From positions 800,001 to 864,000 of the forward strand of contig CAVXKA010000001.1 of NCBI GenBank assembly GCA_963762255.1: 64,000 bases of DNA, read 5' to 3'. Below are positions 46,401 through 55,764 of the stretch, piece after piece; position 1 is the first letter of the stretch, and each line of letters starts with the position of its first letter. The DNA comes from Candidatus Eiseniibacteriota bacterium. Its GTDB lineage: Bacteria; Eisenbacteria; RBG-16-71-46; JABDJR01. The translations under genes and the position numbers were made by a program. The notes below the pieces were generated by a model, which ran no database searches, was not told where the DNA came from, and saw nothing but the letters and a program-made list of their open reading frames with translations.

Positions 46401-47219
46401 TCACTTCTGGGGTGGCGGGCCGCCGAGGGACCCCGTCGACTCCGGCATCGACGCGGTCTTGGGCTTGGGCGCGGGCGGGGACTTGATTTCACCCGCGTAG
46501 TCATCTCCCAACGCGTGTTGCCGGAGCGCGGTGAGGTCATGGTAGCCGACGACGGCATCTTGGATGACACCGTTGCGGTCAATGAAGAACGTGGTCGGTA
46601 TCGACGCGATGCCGGAGTATGGAAGCGGCAGGTCCTTGCCGGAGGCAACGGGGTAGTTCATGCCCTTCTTAGTCACGAAGGGCCGCAACGTGGCTTCGGG
46701 CTCCTGACTGATGCCGACGATCACCAGTTCGTCCGGTGAGATCAGGCTCCGCAACGCGACGAAGTGCGGAATTTCCTTCACGCACGGTCCGCACCATGTG
46801 GCCCAGAAGTCCAGCACGACGCGCTTCCCCTTCAGTTCGCTAAGGGTAAGGCTCTCCCCATCGAGAGTGGTGACGGTAAAGTCGGGTGCGGGCACGCCGA
46901 TCCACTCGTCGACTTTGACGGCGTTCTTCTCTACCTCCTCCATCGTGATCTTGAGTTGTTTGGCGAACTTGATGTAGAACGGGGTCATCGCACCGGCGAT
47001 GAACAGACCGATAAGGGAGAGGACAAGCCCGCTCCACGCCATGCGTCGAGCCGCAACGGATCTGCGCAGATGCAGGATCGCCAGCAGGAGCCCTAGGACG
47101 CCAAGCACTCCACCGACGAGGAAAAGGCCCAGGACAACGGCAAGAATGCCGAGCACGAGGCTCGCAATCGCGAGACCGATCGGCGGCCGGTCGGATTCGG
47201 GTGGTGCGTTCATGGTCAT
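46401..47219 (-). CDS. Membrane-anchored TlpA-like thiol-disulfide oxidoreductase with DUF4190-like N-terminus
   Basis: AIASLVLGIL TM segment, APDF, DFWATWCGPC, IPTTFFID. Confidence 0.88.
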   Translation of the reverse strand: MTMNAPPESDRPPIGLAIASLVLGILAVVLGLFLVGGVLGVLGLLLAILHLRRSVAARRMAWSGLVLSLIGLFIAGAMTPFYIKFAKQLKITMEEVEKNAVKVDEWIGVPAPDFTVTTLDGESLTLSELKGKRVVLDFWATWCGPCVKEIPHFVALRSLISPDELVIVGISQEPEATLRPFVTKKGMNYPVASGKDLPLPYSGIASIPTTFFIDRNGVIQDAVVGYHDLTALRQHALGDDYAGEIKSPPAPKPKTASMPESTGSLGGPPPQK

Positions 47220-47450
47220 GCTCTATCCTCCCGTGGCGGCAGAATATCACGGTATGCGCAAGGGGGTTGCCGGGGCCCGCGCGTCTTGGTGGTCGGCAGC
47301 GGGGAGTGCGTGACCGGCCTGCTCCGCACCCCGGCTCGGTGCTGCATGCCGTGATCCGAGGTTCTTATGTTGCGTTGCACGTACATGACAGATATACGCC
47401 TGCATCATTGTCTTGCACGCGCATTCTCGGGTTGATATTCTGCCTCCACC

Positions 47451-48491
47451 ATGAATGCCAAATCCTCCACGAGAAGAGCTAAACCGATAACCGACAACCT
47501 GATCGAGGTCCAGTCCGGCCTGCACGCCGTCCGGGGCCTGCGAGTCGGCCTCATCGATCTGGCCAGTCGTCTGACTGAAATGCACGCCGACGCGACCGCC
47601 CTCCTTGTCCTGGCCGACCCGCTGATCACCGATCGGCGCCTGGAAGAGGAGTGGGCTGCCGCCGAGCGAATCCTCCGCCCGGAGCTGTTCCAGCGCATCG
47701 CGTTGGTCGTCTCGCGGGGTGGCGGGCTCCGAGGATTTCCGCGAGATCCCGACACGACGACCCATCTCAGGGTGGAGCGCGCCCTCAAGACCGGCCCCGA
47801 CTCGACGGGCCTCCGCCTCCCGCGAGCCGACACCTACCCGGAGATTCTCAAGGTCCTGGTCGCACGCCACCTGACCGGCTCCGGACCGATAACCGCGGAC
47901 GCGCTCGCGCGAATTGTCGGCTGCAACTACCGCACAATCGCCCGCGCTCTGGCGCGCCTTCGCCCGTCTCTCGACCGGCGGTCCGATCGGCGCATCGAGC
48001 TCCGCGAATTCCCCCGCGACGAATGGGCGGGGCTTGTCGCGCTCGGCGACCGAGCCCGCACCTCGATCCGGTTCATCGACACCTCTGGACAACCCCGCTC
48101 GCCGCAGTCGCTGGTCACGCGGCTCGAGAAGCTGGGGCGCCACGATGTCGCGGTCGGCGGCATGGTCGGCGCCGCGCACCACTCTCCGAAGATCGACCCC
48201 GCCGGCAGCCCGCGCCTCGATCTCTCCGTCCACTGCCCGGCAAATTCGCTTGATCTCGCGTTCGTCGGTCGCCTCGACCCCGCGCTCTCGCGGTCGAACG
48301 ACCCGACCGTCCCCGCTGCCCTCGTGCTGCACATCGTGCGCCGCCGCGAGGCCCTCTTCGATGTGGACACGAGCGGCCTTCGCTGGGCGGACCCCGCCGA
48401 ATGCCTCCTCGATCTGCACGAAGCTCGGCTTGAAACGCAGGCGCGTCTCTTGATTGACGGGTTGGCGGCCCGGATGCGAGTCGCGCCGTGA
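47451..48491 (+). CDS. HTH-containing hypothetical protein, possibly an AbiEi-like type IV antitoxin
   Basis: HTH ITADALARIVGCNYRTIARAL, AVGG..GA, C-terminal WADPAECLLDL. Confidence 0.55.
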   Translation: MNAKSSTRRAKPITDNLIEVQSGLHAVRGLRVGLIDLASRLTEMHADATALLVLADPLITDRRLEEEWAAAERILRPELFQRIALVVSRGGGLRGFPRDPDTTTHLRVERALKTGPDSTGLRLPRADTYPEILKVLVARHLTGSGPITADALARIVGCNYRTIARALARLRPSLDRRSDRRIELREFPRDEWAGLVALGDRARTSIRFIDTSGQPRSPQSLVTRLEKLGRHDVAVGGMVGAAHHSPKIDPAGSPRLDLSVHCPANSLDLAFVGRLDPALSRSNDPTVPAALVLHIVRRREALFDVDTSGLRWADPAECLLDLHEARLETQARLLIDGLAARMRVAP

Positions 48492-49030
48492 ACGCAGCGG
48501 AGCTGGCGGAACTGATCGCCGCGGACGCGCCAGCGGATAGCGAGTTCGGCGCCCTACTCGAGTTTCGTCCGCTGATCGTCAACGGCGCGCGTCGCCCGCG
48601 CCCGGAGATGCTGGCGCTTGCGCACCTGCTCGAACACCCGGCGATCGAGCCGGATCTCGTTGGAGGCCCGTTCTACGAGAATCGCGCCATCAAGCGTTCG
48701 AACGAGGATCTCGGTCGCGTGCTCGCCATCGCGCGCCTGAGCACGGAGGAGGAGATCGTCGCGTGGGCGGCCGCCTGGGAGGACGCGCTGGAGAACTGTT
48801 TCCCTTCACGTTGGGAGTCGTTGGGTCGGCGCGTGGGCGCGGGATTGCGAGCGCTCCTCGCGAGCGACCGCGACATGAAAGAGGCCCACACCGCGTGCGC
48901 CAACGGACTCCTCGCGACGCTGCCGGTCACTGCGGAGCAGCTACGCCTCACCGGGTTCCGCCTGCTCCAGGACGCGGTCGAGCCGCTGGAGCATTCCGCC
49001 GGCGGGTGGGACCACAGTCCACCCGGGTGA
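48488..49030 (+). pseudogene. Short partner ORF, possibly an internally deleted AbiEii-like nucleotidyltransferase
   Basis: GTGA overlap with the upstream gene. Only a helical C-terminal-type region (KRSNEDLGRVLAIA) is present; no G[GS]...DxD motif is visible. Confidence 0.4.
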
Positions 49031-49068
49031 ACCGGCGGCCGCCCCGCCCGTCACAGCTCGGACCCTCC

Positions 49069-49407
49069 TCACCCCCCGATGATCTCGTTCAGGCCTTCGA
49101 TCATCCGGGTGATCACCTCGGGTGCGACGCGGCCAAGTTTGCGACCGATGCGGTCCACGGACAGCGTGCGGATCTGACTGATCTTCACCCAGGAGCGTTT
49201 GGGGAGGCCGGCCGAGCCGAGTTCCAGCGTCAGCGGGAATCCCGCCTGCTGCGGCTGACTCGTCAGCGCCACGGCGATCACGGTTCCGGACCGCTCGTTG
49301 AAGATGTCGTGGCTGAGGATGAGGACCGGTCGCATCCCTGCCTGCTCGCGCCCCTGGGCCGGATTGAGGTCGGCCCACCGGATCTCTCCCCTTAGTACTC
49401 TGGCCAT
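49069..49407 (-). CDS. mazF: PemK/MazF-family endoribonuclease toxin
   Basis: RGEIRWADLNP..GREQAGMRPVLILS...SQIRTLS..RI. Confidence 0.92.
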   Translation of the reverse strand: MARVLRGEIRWADLNPAQGREQAGMRPVLILSHDIFNERSGTVIAVALTSQPQQAGFPLTLELGSAGLPKRSWVKISQIRTLSVDRIGRKLGRVAPEVITRMIEGLNEIIGG

Positions 49408-49634
49408 TCGGACACATCCGCTGCCAGGCCCTCGTCGGCGAGGGCTTTCTCGTAGGTGGGATCCAGCTTCGCGCACTCGCGGGCCAGCCGTCCTTTTTCC
49501 AGGCGATCGAGCTTCTCGTCCAGCGCATCTTGGATGGCCCGGCTCCGATTCGGGAACTCCCTGTCGGCCACCAACCCGTCCAGCCTTTCCAAAGTCTTGT
49601 TGTCCAGTGTGATCGCGATCTTCGACTTCTTCAT
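49392..49634 (-). CDS. Ribbon-helix-helix (CopG/NikR-like) antitoxin
   Basis: KIAITLD...FPNRSRAI. Overlaps the toxin start. GGAGG RBS. Confidence 0.9.
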   Translation of the reverse strand: MKKSKIAITLDNKTLERLDGLVADREFPNRSRAIQDALDEKLDRLEKGRLARECAKLDPTYEKALADEGLAADVSEWPEY

Positions 49635-49645
49635 GGCCGCCTCCG

Positions 49646-49666
49646 GGTATGATGATATGTCATACC
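49646..49666. promoter_or_regulatory. Palindromic operator of the RHH-MazF operon
   Basis: Perfect inverted repeat GGTATGA-N7-TCATACC just upstream of the antitoxin RBS. Confidence 0.6.
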
Positions 49667-49692
49667 AGCGCGTGGAGCAAAGGAGCAAAGGG

Positions 49693-49851
49693 GTGGAACA
49701 CTCGGGGGATGAAGAGAGAATCTACGCGTTGGGGCACACCCACGCAGGCCGGCATCTCTTCATCGTATGGACGGTTCGCGAACGGGAGATCCGGGTCAGC
49801 TCGGCCCGCGACATGAGCACGAAAGAGCGCAAGGTTTATCGATCGTCATGA
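49693..49851 (+). pseudogene. 5'-truncated BrnT toxin
   Basis: HS.DEERIYALG.T..GRHLFIVWTVR..EIRVSSARDMS.KERKVY. The N-terminal FEWD...N..KH part is absent. Confidence 0.8.
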
Positions 49852-50126
49852 GTAACAAGAAGCCCCGTAGGTTGCAGAGCGAAGAAGCTGAGCGAAAGTA
49901 CTGGGAAGTGCATGAATCGACCCAGCAGGTGGATTGGTCCAAGGCCGAGCGCATCACCCTGTCCAACCTCAAGCCTTCAGTAAAGACGATCTCCCTGCGC
50001 ATCCCCGAATCGATGCTGGAGAAACTGAAGCTGCTCGCCAACCAGCGGGACGTGCCGTATCAATCACTGATCAAGGTGTTCCTGGCCGAGCGGATTCGCA
50101 AGGAATTGAAAGGCCAGGGCGCCTAG
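49848..50126 (+). CDS. BrnA/CopG-like antitoxin
   Basis: EEAERKYWE.H.S, NLKPS.KTISLR, RDVPYQSLIK. ATGA coupling to the BrnT fragment. Confidence 0.88.
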   Translation: MSNKKPRRLQSEEAERKYWEVHESTQQVDWSKAERITLSNLKPSVKTISLRIPESMLEKLKLLANQRDVPYQSLIKVFLAERIRKELKGQGA

Positions 50127-50176
50127 CGGAGCCGCGTCGTGGGAGAGGCCGTTGCTCACCCGGGTGAGCAATCGCC

Positions 50177-50238
50177 CCCGGACGCCCCGGTTCAGCGACG
50201 GCCGCGGAGCGGACCGTCCGGCCAATCGGCCGTCAGCC
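50177..50238 (-). repeat. Degenerate attC-like site on the minus strand
   Basis: Minus strand GGCTGAC-GGCCGATTGGCCGGACGGTCCGCTCCGCGGCCGTCGCTGAACCGGGGC-GTCCGGG resembles attC3 in length and layout. Confidence 0.45.
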
Positions 50239-50290
50239 GGCCTCTTGTCACATTGCAGCGTCCGCAGATCGGCAGTGATATCAACAACCG

Positions 50291-51382
50291 TTATGGCGTG
50301 ATAGCGACCTTGAGTACGCCGTCACGTTGGTTCACGAACAGGTCGTAGGCTTCTTCAATCTTTGCGAGCGGAAACCGGTGGGTAACCAGGGGCCGCAGGT
50401 CTGCTCGTTCGGCGGCCAGGACGTTCAACAGTCGGCGCATCCGCTCCTTCCCTCCCGGGCAAAGAGTCGTCACGACCGTGTGGTCGCCGAGCCCTGCCGC
50501 GAAGGCGTCCAGCGGTAGCGTGAGCTTGCCAGAGTAGACACCCAAACTCGAGAGCACGCCACCTGGCCGCAGGACGCGCAGACAGTTCTCGAACGTCGCT
50601 TGCGTGCCCAGCGCCTCGATCGCAACGTCCACCCCGCGCTGGCCGGTAGCCTCCAGGATCGCCTGAACCGGATCGCGCTCCTGGTAGTTGATGATGACGT
50701 CGGCACCCAGTTGGCGAGACATGGCGAGCCGCTCCGGCACCGAATCGACGCTGAAGATCCGGGTCGCGCCCATGAGCTTCGCGCCGACCGTTGCACAGAG
50801 CCCGATCGGGCCCTGCGCGAATACCGCGACGGTGTCCCCGATTCGGATCTGACCACTCTCCGCACCGCCGAAGCCTGTGCTCATGATGTCGGGGCACATG
50901 AGCACCTGCTCGTCGGTCAAGTGATCGGGGATCGGCTCCATGTTGGCCGTGGCCTCGGGAATCAGTACATACTCGGCCTGGCAACCATCAATGGAGTTGC
51001 CGAGCCGCCAGCCACCCATCGCCTTGCCGCCGCACTGGGCCTGTTTCCCGTCGAGGCATGCGTGGCACTGCCCGCAAGGAGTAATTGCGCCGGCGATCAC
51101 ACGCTGGCCGATCTCATAGCCCGTGACCGCCTCCCCGAGTTCCTCGATGATACCCACCGGCTCATGACCTACGGTAAGCCCTCGAGCGACTGGATACTCA
51201 CCCTTAAGAATGTGCACGTCGGTACCGCAGATCGTGGTGGTCGTCACCCGCAGCAGTGCGTCGCGCGGCCCCACCTCGGGAACAGCCTTGTCCACCAAGA
51301 CAATGCGGCCGGCCTCAGCAAAAACAGCCGCCTTCATCGTGCGGCTACGCCGCCCTGATTGCATACGATTGAGGTGCGTCAT
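50291..51382 (-). CDS. Zinc-dependent alcohol dehydrogenase (MDR family)
   Basis: ICGTDVH, GHEPVG, CGQCHAC...C, DIMSTG, QGPIGL. Alternative start at 51337. Confidence 0.92.
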   Translation of the reverse strand: MTHLNRMQSGRRSRTMKAAVFAEAGRIVLVDKAVPEVGPRDALLRVTTTTICGTDVHILKGEYPVARGLTVGHEPVGIIEELGEAVTGYEIGQRVIAGAITPCGQCHACLDGKQAQCGGKAMGGWRLGNSIDGCQAEYVLIPEATANMEPIPDHLTDEQVLMCPDIMSTGFGGAESGQIRIGDTVAVFAQGPIGLCATVGAKLMGATRIFSVDSVPERLAMSRQLGADVIINYQERDPVQAILEATGQRGVDVAIEALGTQATFENCLRVLRPGGVLSSLGVYSGKLTLPLDAFAAGLGDHTVVTTLCPGGKERMRRLLNVLAAERADLRPLVTHRFPLAKIEEAYDLFVNQRDGVLKVAITP

Positions 51383-51413
51383 TGTTCGCCTCGTGTCAGA
51401 AATGTCTGTCCGC

Positions 51414-51848
51414 CTAACGGCCCGCGTAACCCGCGGGCGGGACCGGCGCAGTCGCCATGACCGCCTGCATCTGTGCCGTGTCTACGTACTGCTGGAAGCT
51501 CGACAGCTTGCCGTCCCGAAAGCGCAGAACGTGACACGCCTGAGCATCGATGCTCTTGCCGGAAGCTTGGTAGGTGCCGGTGTAGCGGCCTTCCATCACG
51601 ACGTGTTCGCCGGCGTCGTGGAGTTCGCGTACGGTGATCGCGAAGCCGTCCCACTCCGAACCGAGCCGCATGAAGAGATTCTCAAGCACGGCCTGGGGCC
51701 CGATCCACGCCGCACCATCCGGCTTGTACGGATTGCCCTCGGCCTCCCGCCATTGGATTTCAGGATGGAACCCGGCCAGCACAGTCGGGATGTCACCGCG
51801 CGCGAACGCGGCATACAGGTCTTTCGCGAACTGAACATTGCTCATCAT
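51414..51848 (-). CDS. SnoaL/NTF2-like protein
   Basis: LYAAFARGD, IQWREAEG, FQQYVDT. AGGAG RBS. Confidence 0.88.
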   Translation of the reverse strand: MMSNVQFAKDLYAAFARGDIPTVLAGFHPEIQWREAEGNPYKPDGAAWIGPQAVLENLFMRLGSEWDGFAITVRELHDAGEHVVMEGRYTGTYQASGKSIDAQACHVLRFRDGKLSSFQQYVDTAQMQAVMATAPVPPAGYAGR

Positions 51849-51879
51849 GAACTCCTATCCTCCTTGCGTTCCCCGAACG

Positions 51880-53568
51880 CTACTTCACGAACAGCATCCG
51901 CCGCGTCTCGTCGAAATGTCCCGCCCGAACGCGATAGAAATACACACCCGCGGGAGACGGAACGCCCGATGCGTCAACGCCGTCCCAGTTGAGTATCGTG
52001 GTGCCGCTGCCGGAGGATCCCTCGTAGCGGCGCACCAATCTCCCGCGGATGTCGAAGATGGAAACCGAGTAGTCGCCTGCTTCCGGCAGATCGAAGGCGA
52101 TGGCGGTGCGCGCGGAGAACGGGTTCGGCGCATTCTGCCTCACCGCGAACGCGACCGGGCGTCCTGGATCACCGGGGCCGACGCCGGTGGTCGCCAGGTA
52201 CTCGAACCCGGTGGCGAGCGTATCGCGCGCGCCTTCCACGTCCACGATCACGTCCACCGGACCGCTCGCGCCCAGCATGGCCTGGGGAAGCGCGCAGGTC
52301 ATGATCGAGTCGCTGGGGCACTGCACGTCGGCGGCCGATGCGCCGCCGAAGGACACCGCGCGCGCGTACGCGGACGAGATTCCGAAGTTCTCACCCCGAA
52401 TGGTGATCACCGTGCCGCCGCCGATCGGGCCCATGTTGGGGGTGACGTCGAACACCTCGGGGGGCATCCACTTGATTGGGTAGCACACTTCGCTGACGCC
52501 CGGCAGCTCCAGACAGAGTGGCTCGCTGCCGCCGGGCACGCCGGGTAGGCCATCCACCACGAACGAGCTATGCCCTCCGTAGCTGAGCTCGCCGACGGGC
52601 ACGCCGCCCACGCTCGTGGAACGCTGCGCGCCGGAGCTGCCGAAGTTCTGCCCCTGGATGGTGAGGCGCACGCCACCTCGCGCGGGCATGAGCGAGGGCT
52701 CAATGCCGGTGATGACCGGTGAATCGTACGTGAAGAGCTTGGGTTGGGATGACGTCGATCCCGCGAACACCACGAGTTCGCCCGCGCCGGGATCATCCTC
52801 CGGCGTCGTGCACACGAGCATCGTCTTCTCTCGGGTGGAGCATGATGCGGGTTTGTTCTTGATCGTCACCGACGCGTCGGGGCCGAAGTTGTCTCCGACG
52901 ATCGTGATGACGGTGCCGCCCGCGGTTGGTGCATTCGGCGGGATGATCGATGACACCAGCGGCGGGTCGAAGTCGAAGGCGAAGCTGTTGGATAGCTGCC
53001 CGCTCACTGCGACTTGCAACGCCACGCGCGTGTTGGCGGTGCCGGCCGGGGTCACGCAAGTGATCATCGAGTGGCTCAGATGCTGCACGTTGCTTCCCGG
53101 CAGGCCGCCGAGCGTGACCGAGGTGGGGGCCGATGCGCGGCCGAAGTCCTGGCCGGTGATCGTGATGAGCACGCCACCCGCTGCGGGCGACGCGCCCGGA
53201 GTGACTAGACTGATGCTCGGCGAGTCGAACGTGAACGGCTCCGGCGGAGAAGATTCTCCGGTCGAGGAAAGCACGACGACATCTCTCGCGCCGGGATCGC
53301 CCTCCGGGCACGTGCAGATGATGCGCGAGAGACCCCAGTCGGTGACCTCGGCGCTCGTGCCGCCCACCGTCACCGTGCCGGCGTCGGCCGCGAAGTCCGA
53401 TCCGAAGATCGTGATCGGGAAGCCGCCGACGGTCGGGCCGTTGGTCGGAGAGATGCCGACGATCGAAGGCGGTGCGGCGTCGGCGGGCGCCACAACAGAC
53501 GGCGCCAGCGAAGCGATGAGAGCGAACGCGAACAGGAACGCGACGCGAGTCGTGACAAAGCGGCGCAT
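51880..53568 (-). CDS. Secreted protein with five IPT/TIG domains and C-terminal FlgD-Ig domain
   Basis: Signal peptide and five P.I..I.P...P..GG..ITI.G..F units. C-terminal QNAPNPF...IFDIRGRLV...WDG...AGVYF. Confidence 0.9.
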   Translation of the reverse strand: MRRFVTTRVAFLFAFALIASLAPSVVAPADAAPPSIVGISPTNGPTVGGFPITIFGSDFAADAGTVTVGGTSAEVTDWGLSRIICTCPEGDPGARDVVVLSSTGESSPPEPFTFDSPSISLVTPGASPAAGGVLITITGQDFGRASAPTSVTLGGLPGSNVQHLSHSMITCVTPAGTANTRVALQVAVSGQLSNSFAFDFDPPLVSSIIPPNAPTAGGTVITIVGDNFGPDASVTIKNKPASCSTREKTMLVCTTPEDDPGAGELVVFAGSTSSQPKLFTYDSPVITGIEPSLMPARGGVRLTIQGQNFGSSGAQRSTSVGGVPVGELSYGGHSSFVVDGLPGVPGGSEPLCLELPGVSEVCYPIKWMPPEVFDVTPNMGPIGGGTVITIRGENFGISSAYARAVSFGGASAADVQCPSDSIMTCALPQAMLGASGPVDVIVDVEGARDTLATGFEYLATTGVGPGDPGRPVAFAVRQNAPNPFSARTAIAFDLPEAGDYSVSIFDIRGRLVRRYEGSSGSGTTILNWDGVDASGVPSPAGVYFYRVRAGHFDETRRMLFVK

Positions 53569-53622
53569 GATGGTTTTCCTCTCAGGGGGACAATGCGGCG
53601 ACCGGGATAAAATAAGACCAAA

Positions 53623-53651
53623 ATAGTAGCTAATACTGGGGCCGGCGTCAA
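53623..53651 (-). promoter_or_regulatory. Sigma70-type promoter for the IPT/TIG gene
   Basis: Minus strand TTGACG-N17-TACTAT. The -35 overlaps the upstream gene's stop codon. Confidence 0.6.
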
Positions 53652-55708
53652 TCCCCTTGCGAGGCAAGCAGTTCCAGCATCTGCCGGGCCTCAGCGGAAC
53701 GCGGGTCTGCGGGGGCCGTGGCCAGAAAGTTCTCGAGGCTTCGCCGTGCCCGCGCCGGGTCGCGCACCGCGGGATGGAGCGCGAAGAGGAAGCCCTCGGC
53801 GCGCAGCACCTCGGGATCGGGCTGGAACGCGGCGTCGCCGGCCGGCCGGAGATCTGGCTGAAACTCCGAGTCGCTCAGCGGCCGCGCGTCGGGCGGCAGA
53901 CCGCTCGCATCGTGCCGGTCGAAGAACGCAATCAGCCTCGCGAACCCCGGGTGCTCCGCGGGCGTGATGTCGAACGCCTCGGGGCGGCAGAGATGGATCG
54001 CCGTGCGCGCGGCCAACTCGGCGAAGCGCGCGCGCGCGTCGGCCTCGAAGCTCCACGGATCGTAGCGGCGGAAGTAACTCTCGGTCTTCATCGCGGCGAA
54101 GAGATCGAGCGCGAGCATGGCCTGCTCACGCGGGCCGGGGGCCTGGTCCAGCCGGCTGGACCGCGCGCTGCTGTCCGCGGCCCCGCGTGCGTACGTCCGC
54201 AGCACGAACCCGGTCGGCGCGATCTCGTAGCGGGCCGCGTAGCTCGCTTCCTTGAGCCCCAAGAGCGTCACCAGACGCTTCCCCTCGAGGTGCTCGATCC
54301 ACGCGAGGTTGCCGCTCTGCGGCGTGCCGTCGTAACGGTCCTCGCGTCCGAGCGGCGACGGCAGCAGATCCGGATCGCGCCGTCGCAATGTGCGCACGTA
54401 CCACGCGAAGGTGAGCTTCTCCTGGTCCACCACCGCGACGTCGGGGCGCTCACCTTCGACAAGCTGAAGATACGCGAGTCCGTTGTGGAAGAGATCGCCC
54501 TGCGTGAAGAGCACGCCGCGCTCGGGCACGGAAGCAAGCACGCCGCGACACAGGTCCTCGGTGAGCGTGTTTCCACGTTGATCGACTGCGCGGTAGTGCG
54601 CCGCCACCGGCCACGCAAAGGCCGCCACGACCAGGACCGCAGCGGTCGCGCGCCGCCCGCCACCGCGAAGGCGTTCCAGCACGAAGGCCGCACCGAGCCC
54701 CGCTGTCAACGCGAGCACCACGTTCGGCAGGATGTAGAAACGCTCCACGACGCCGCGGAAGATGAGCGGATGCGACGGGAACCCGACCCGGGTGAAGAAG
54801 AACGTCTGCAGCAGCAGGAAGATGAGGATGATCCCGCCGAGCGCTCGGTGCTTGCGCGCCAGCGCGACCGCGCCGACGAGAGCAAGCGCTACCCCAAGCC
54901 ACGTGAACCCCTGAGGGAGTGACTGAAGATAGAGGAGCACGTGACTATGGTCGGCCGCGTGCCCCGCCTGCTCGGGATCCAGACGAAACGTGCCGTAGTC
55001 ACGGCGAAGCAGCACGCGCAGAAACGAATCCAGCGAGCGCGGATCGCCCCAGTTGAGCGCCGGATTGCGGAGCGCGGCCCACGGAAGATAGAGGAGAGGC
55101 GCCAGGCCGATCGCGGCGCCAAGCGCGCCTACGCCCAGAACCCGCCTGCGGCCGGTCAGTGCCGTCGCTACCGCCACCGGCAGCGCCAGCAGCACGAGCG
55201 TGTGGTGATGCGACAGAAGTAGCGTGCACAAGAGCCCGATGCCGAATGCCACCGCCGGCCGCGGCGACTCAGGCCAGCGGACGAACAGCCAGAGCAGCAA
55301 CGCTGCGAGAAGCGCATTCGGGGCGAACACCTCGGCGACCAGCGCGTATTTCCAGAGCGGCGCGGAGAACGCGAGAAGGAACGCGGCCACCAACCCCGCT
55401 GCTGTCGACCGCGTTAGTCGCCGCACAGCATCGGCCAGGAGCACCGCCGCCACCGCCGCGCACGCTGCGGAGAGCAAGTTCATGCGCGTCGCCACCGAAC
55501 CGATCGGCACCAGCGTGATCCAGAGGTGGCCGAGCATCGTGAAGAGGGGATAGCCGGGTGGATGGGCAACGCCCAATGTCTTCGCCACCGTGATCAGTTC
55601 GCCCGAGTCTCCGCCCGGCACCGAGCGCTGCAAGGTGGCCGCGTAAACCGCGAGCGGAATCGCACCCGCAGCCACCAAGAGAGGAAGGACGATGCGTCGT
55701 TCGTTCAC
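53648..55708 (-). CDS. DUF2723/TMEM260-like GT-C protein O-glycosyltransferase
   Basis: GDSGELI...GVAHPPGYPLF, RMNLLSA, AEVF, SHH, LYLP, NWGDP. C-terminal TPR-like helix. Confidence 0.88.
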   Translation of the reverse strand: MNERRIVLPLLVAAGAIPLAVYAATLQRSVPGGDSGELITVAKTLGVAHPPGYPLFTMLGHLWITLVPIGSVATRMNLLSAACAAVAAVLLADAVRRLTRSTAAGLVAAFLLAFSAPLWKYALVAEVFAPNALLAALLLWLFVRWPESPRPAVAFGIGLLCTLLLSHHHTLVLLALPVAVATALTGRRRVLGVGALGAAIGLAPLLYLPWAALRNPALNWGDPRSLDSFLRVLLRRDYGTFRLDPEQAGHAADHSHVLLYLQSLPQGFTWLGVALALVGAVALARKHRALGGIILIFLLLQTFFFTRVGFPSHPLIFRGVVERFYILPNVVLALTAGLGAAFVLERLRGGGRRATAAVLVVAAFAWPVAAHYRAVDQRGNTLTEDLCRGVLASVPERGVLFTQGDLFHNGLAYLQLVEGERPDVAVVDQEKLTFAWYVRTLRRRDPDLLPSPLGREDRYDGTPQSGNLAWIEHLEGKRLVTLLGLKEASYAARYEIAPTGFVLRTYARGAADSSARSSRLDQAPGPREQAMLALDLFAAMKTESYFRRYDPWSFEADARARFAELAARTAIHLCRPEAFDITPAEHPGFARLIAFFDRHDASGLPPDARPLSDSEFQPDLRPAGDAAFQPDPEVLRAEGFLFALHPAVRDPARARRSLENFLATAPADPRSAEARQMLELLASQGD

Positions 55709-55764
55709 GACGCGGGAGTATACCGGCTTGCCCAAACCGGGCCGCAGCGGGATCATCGCCGGCC

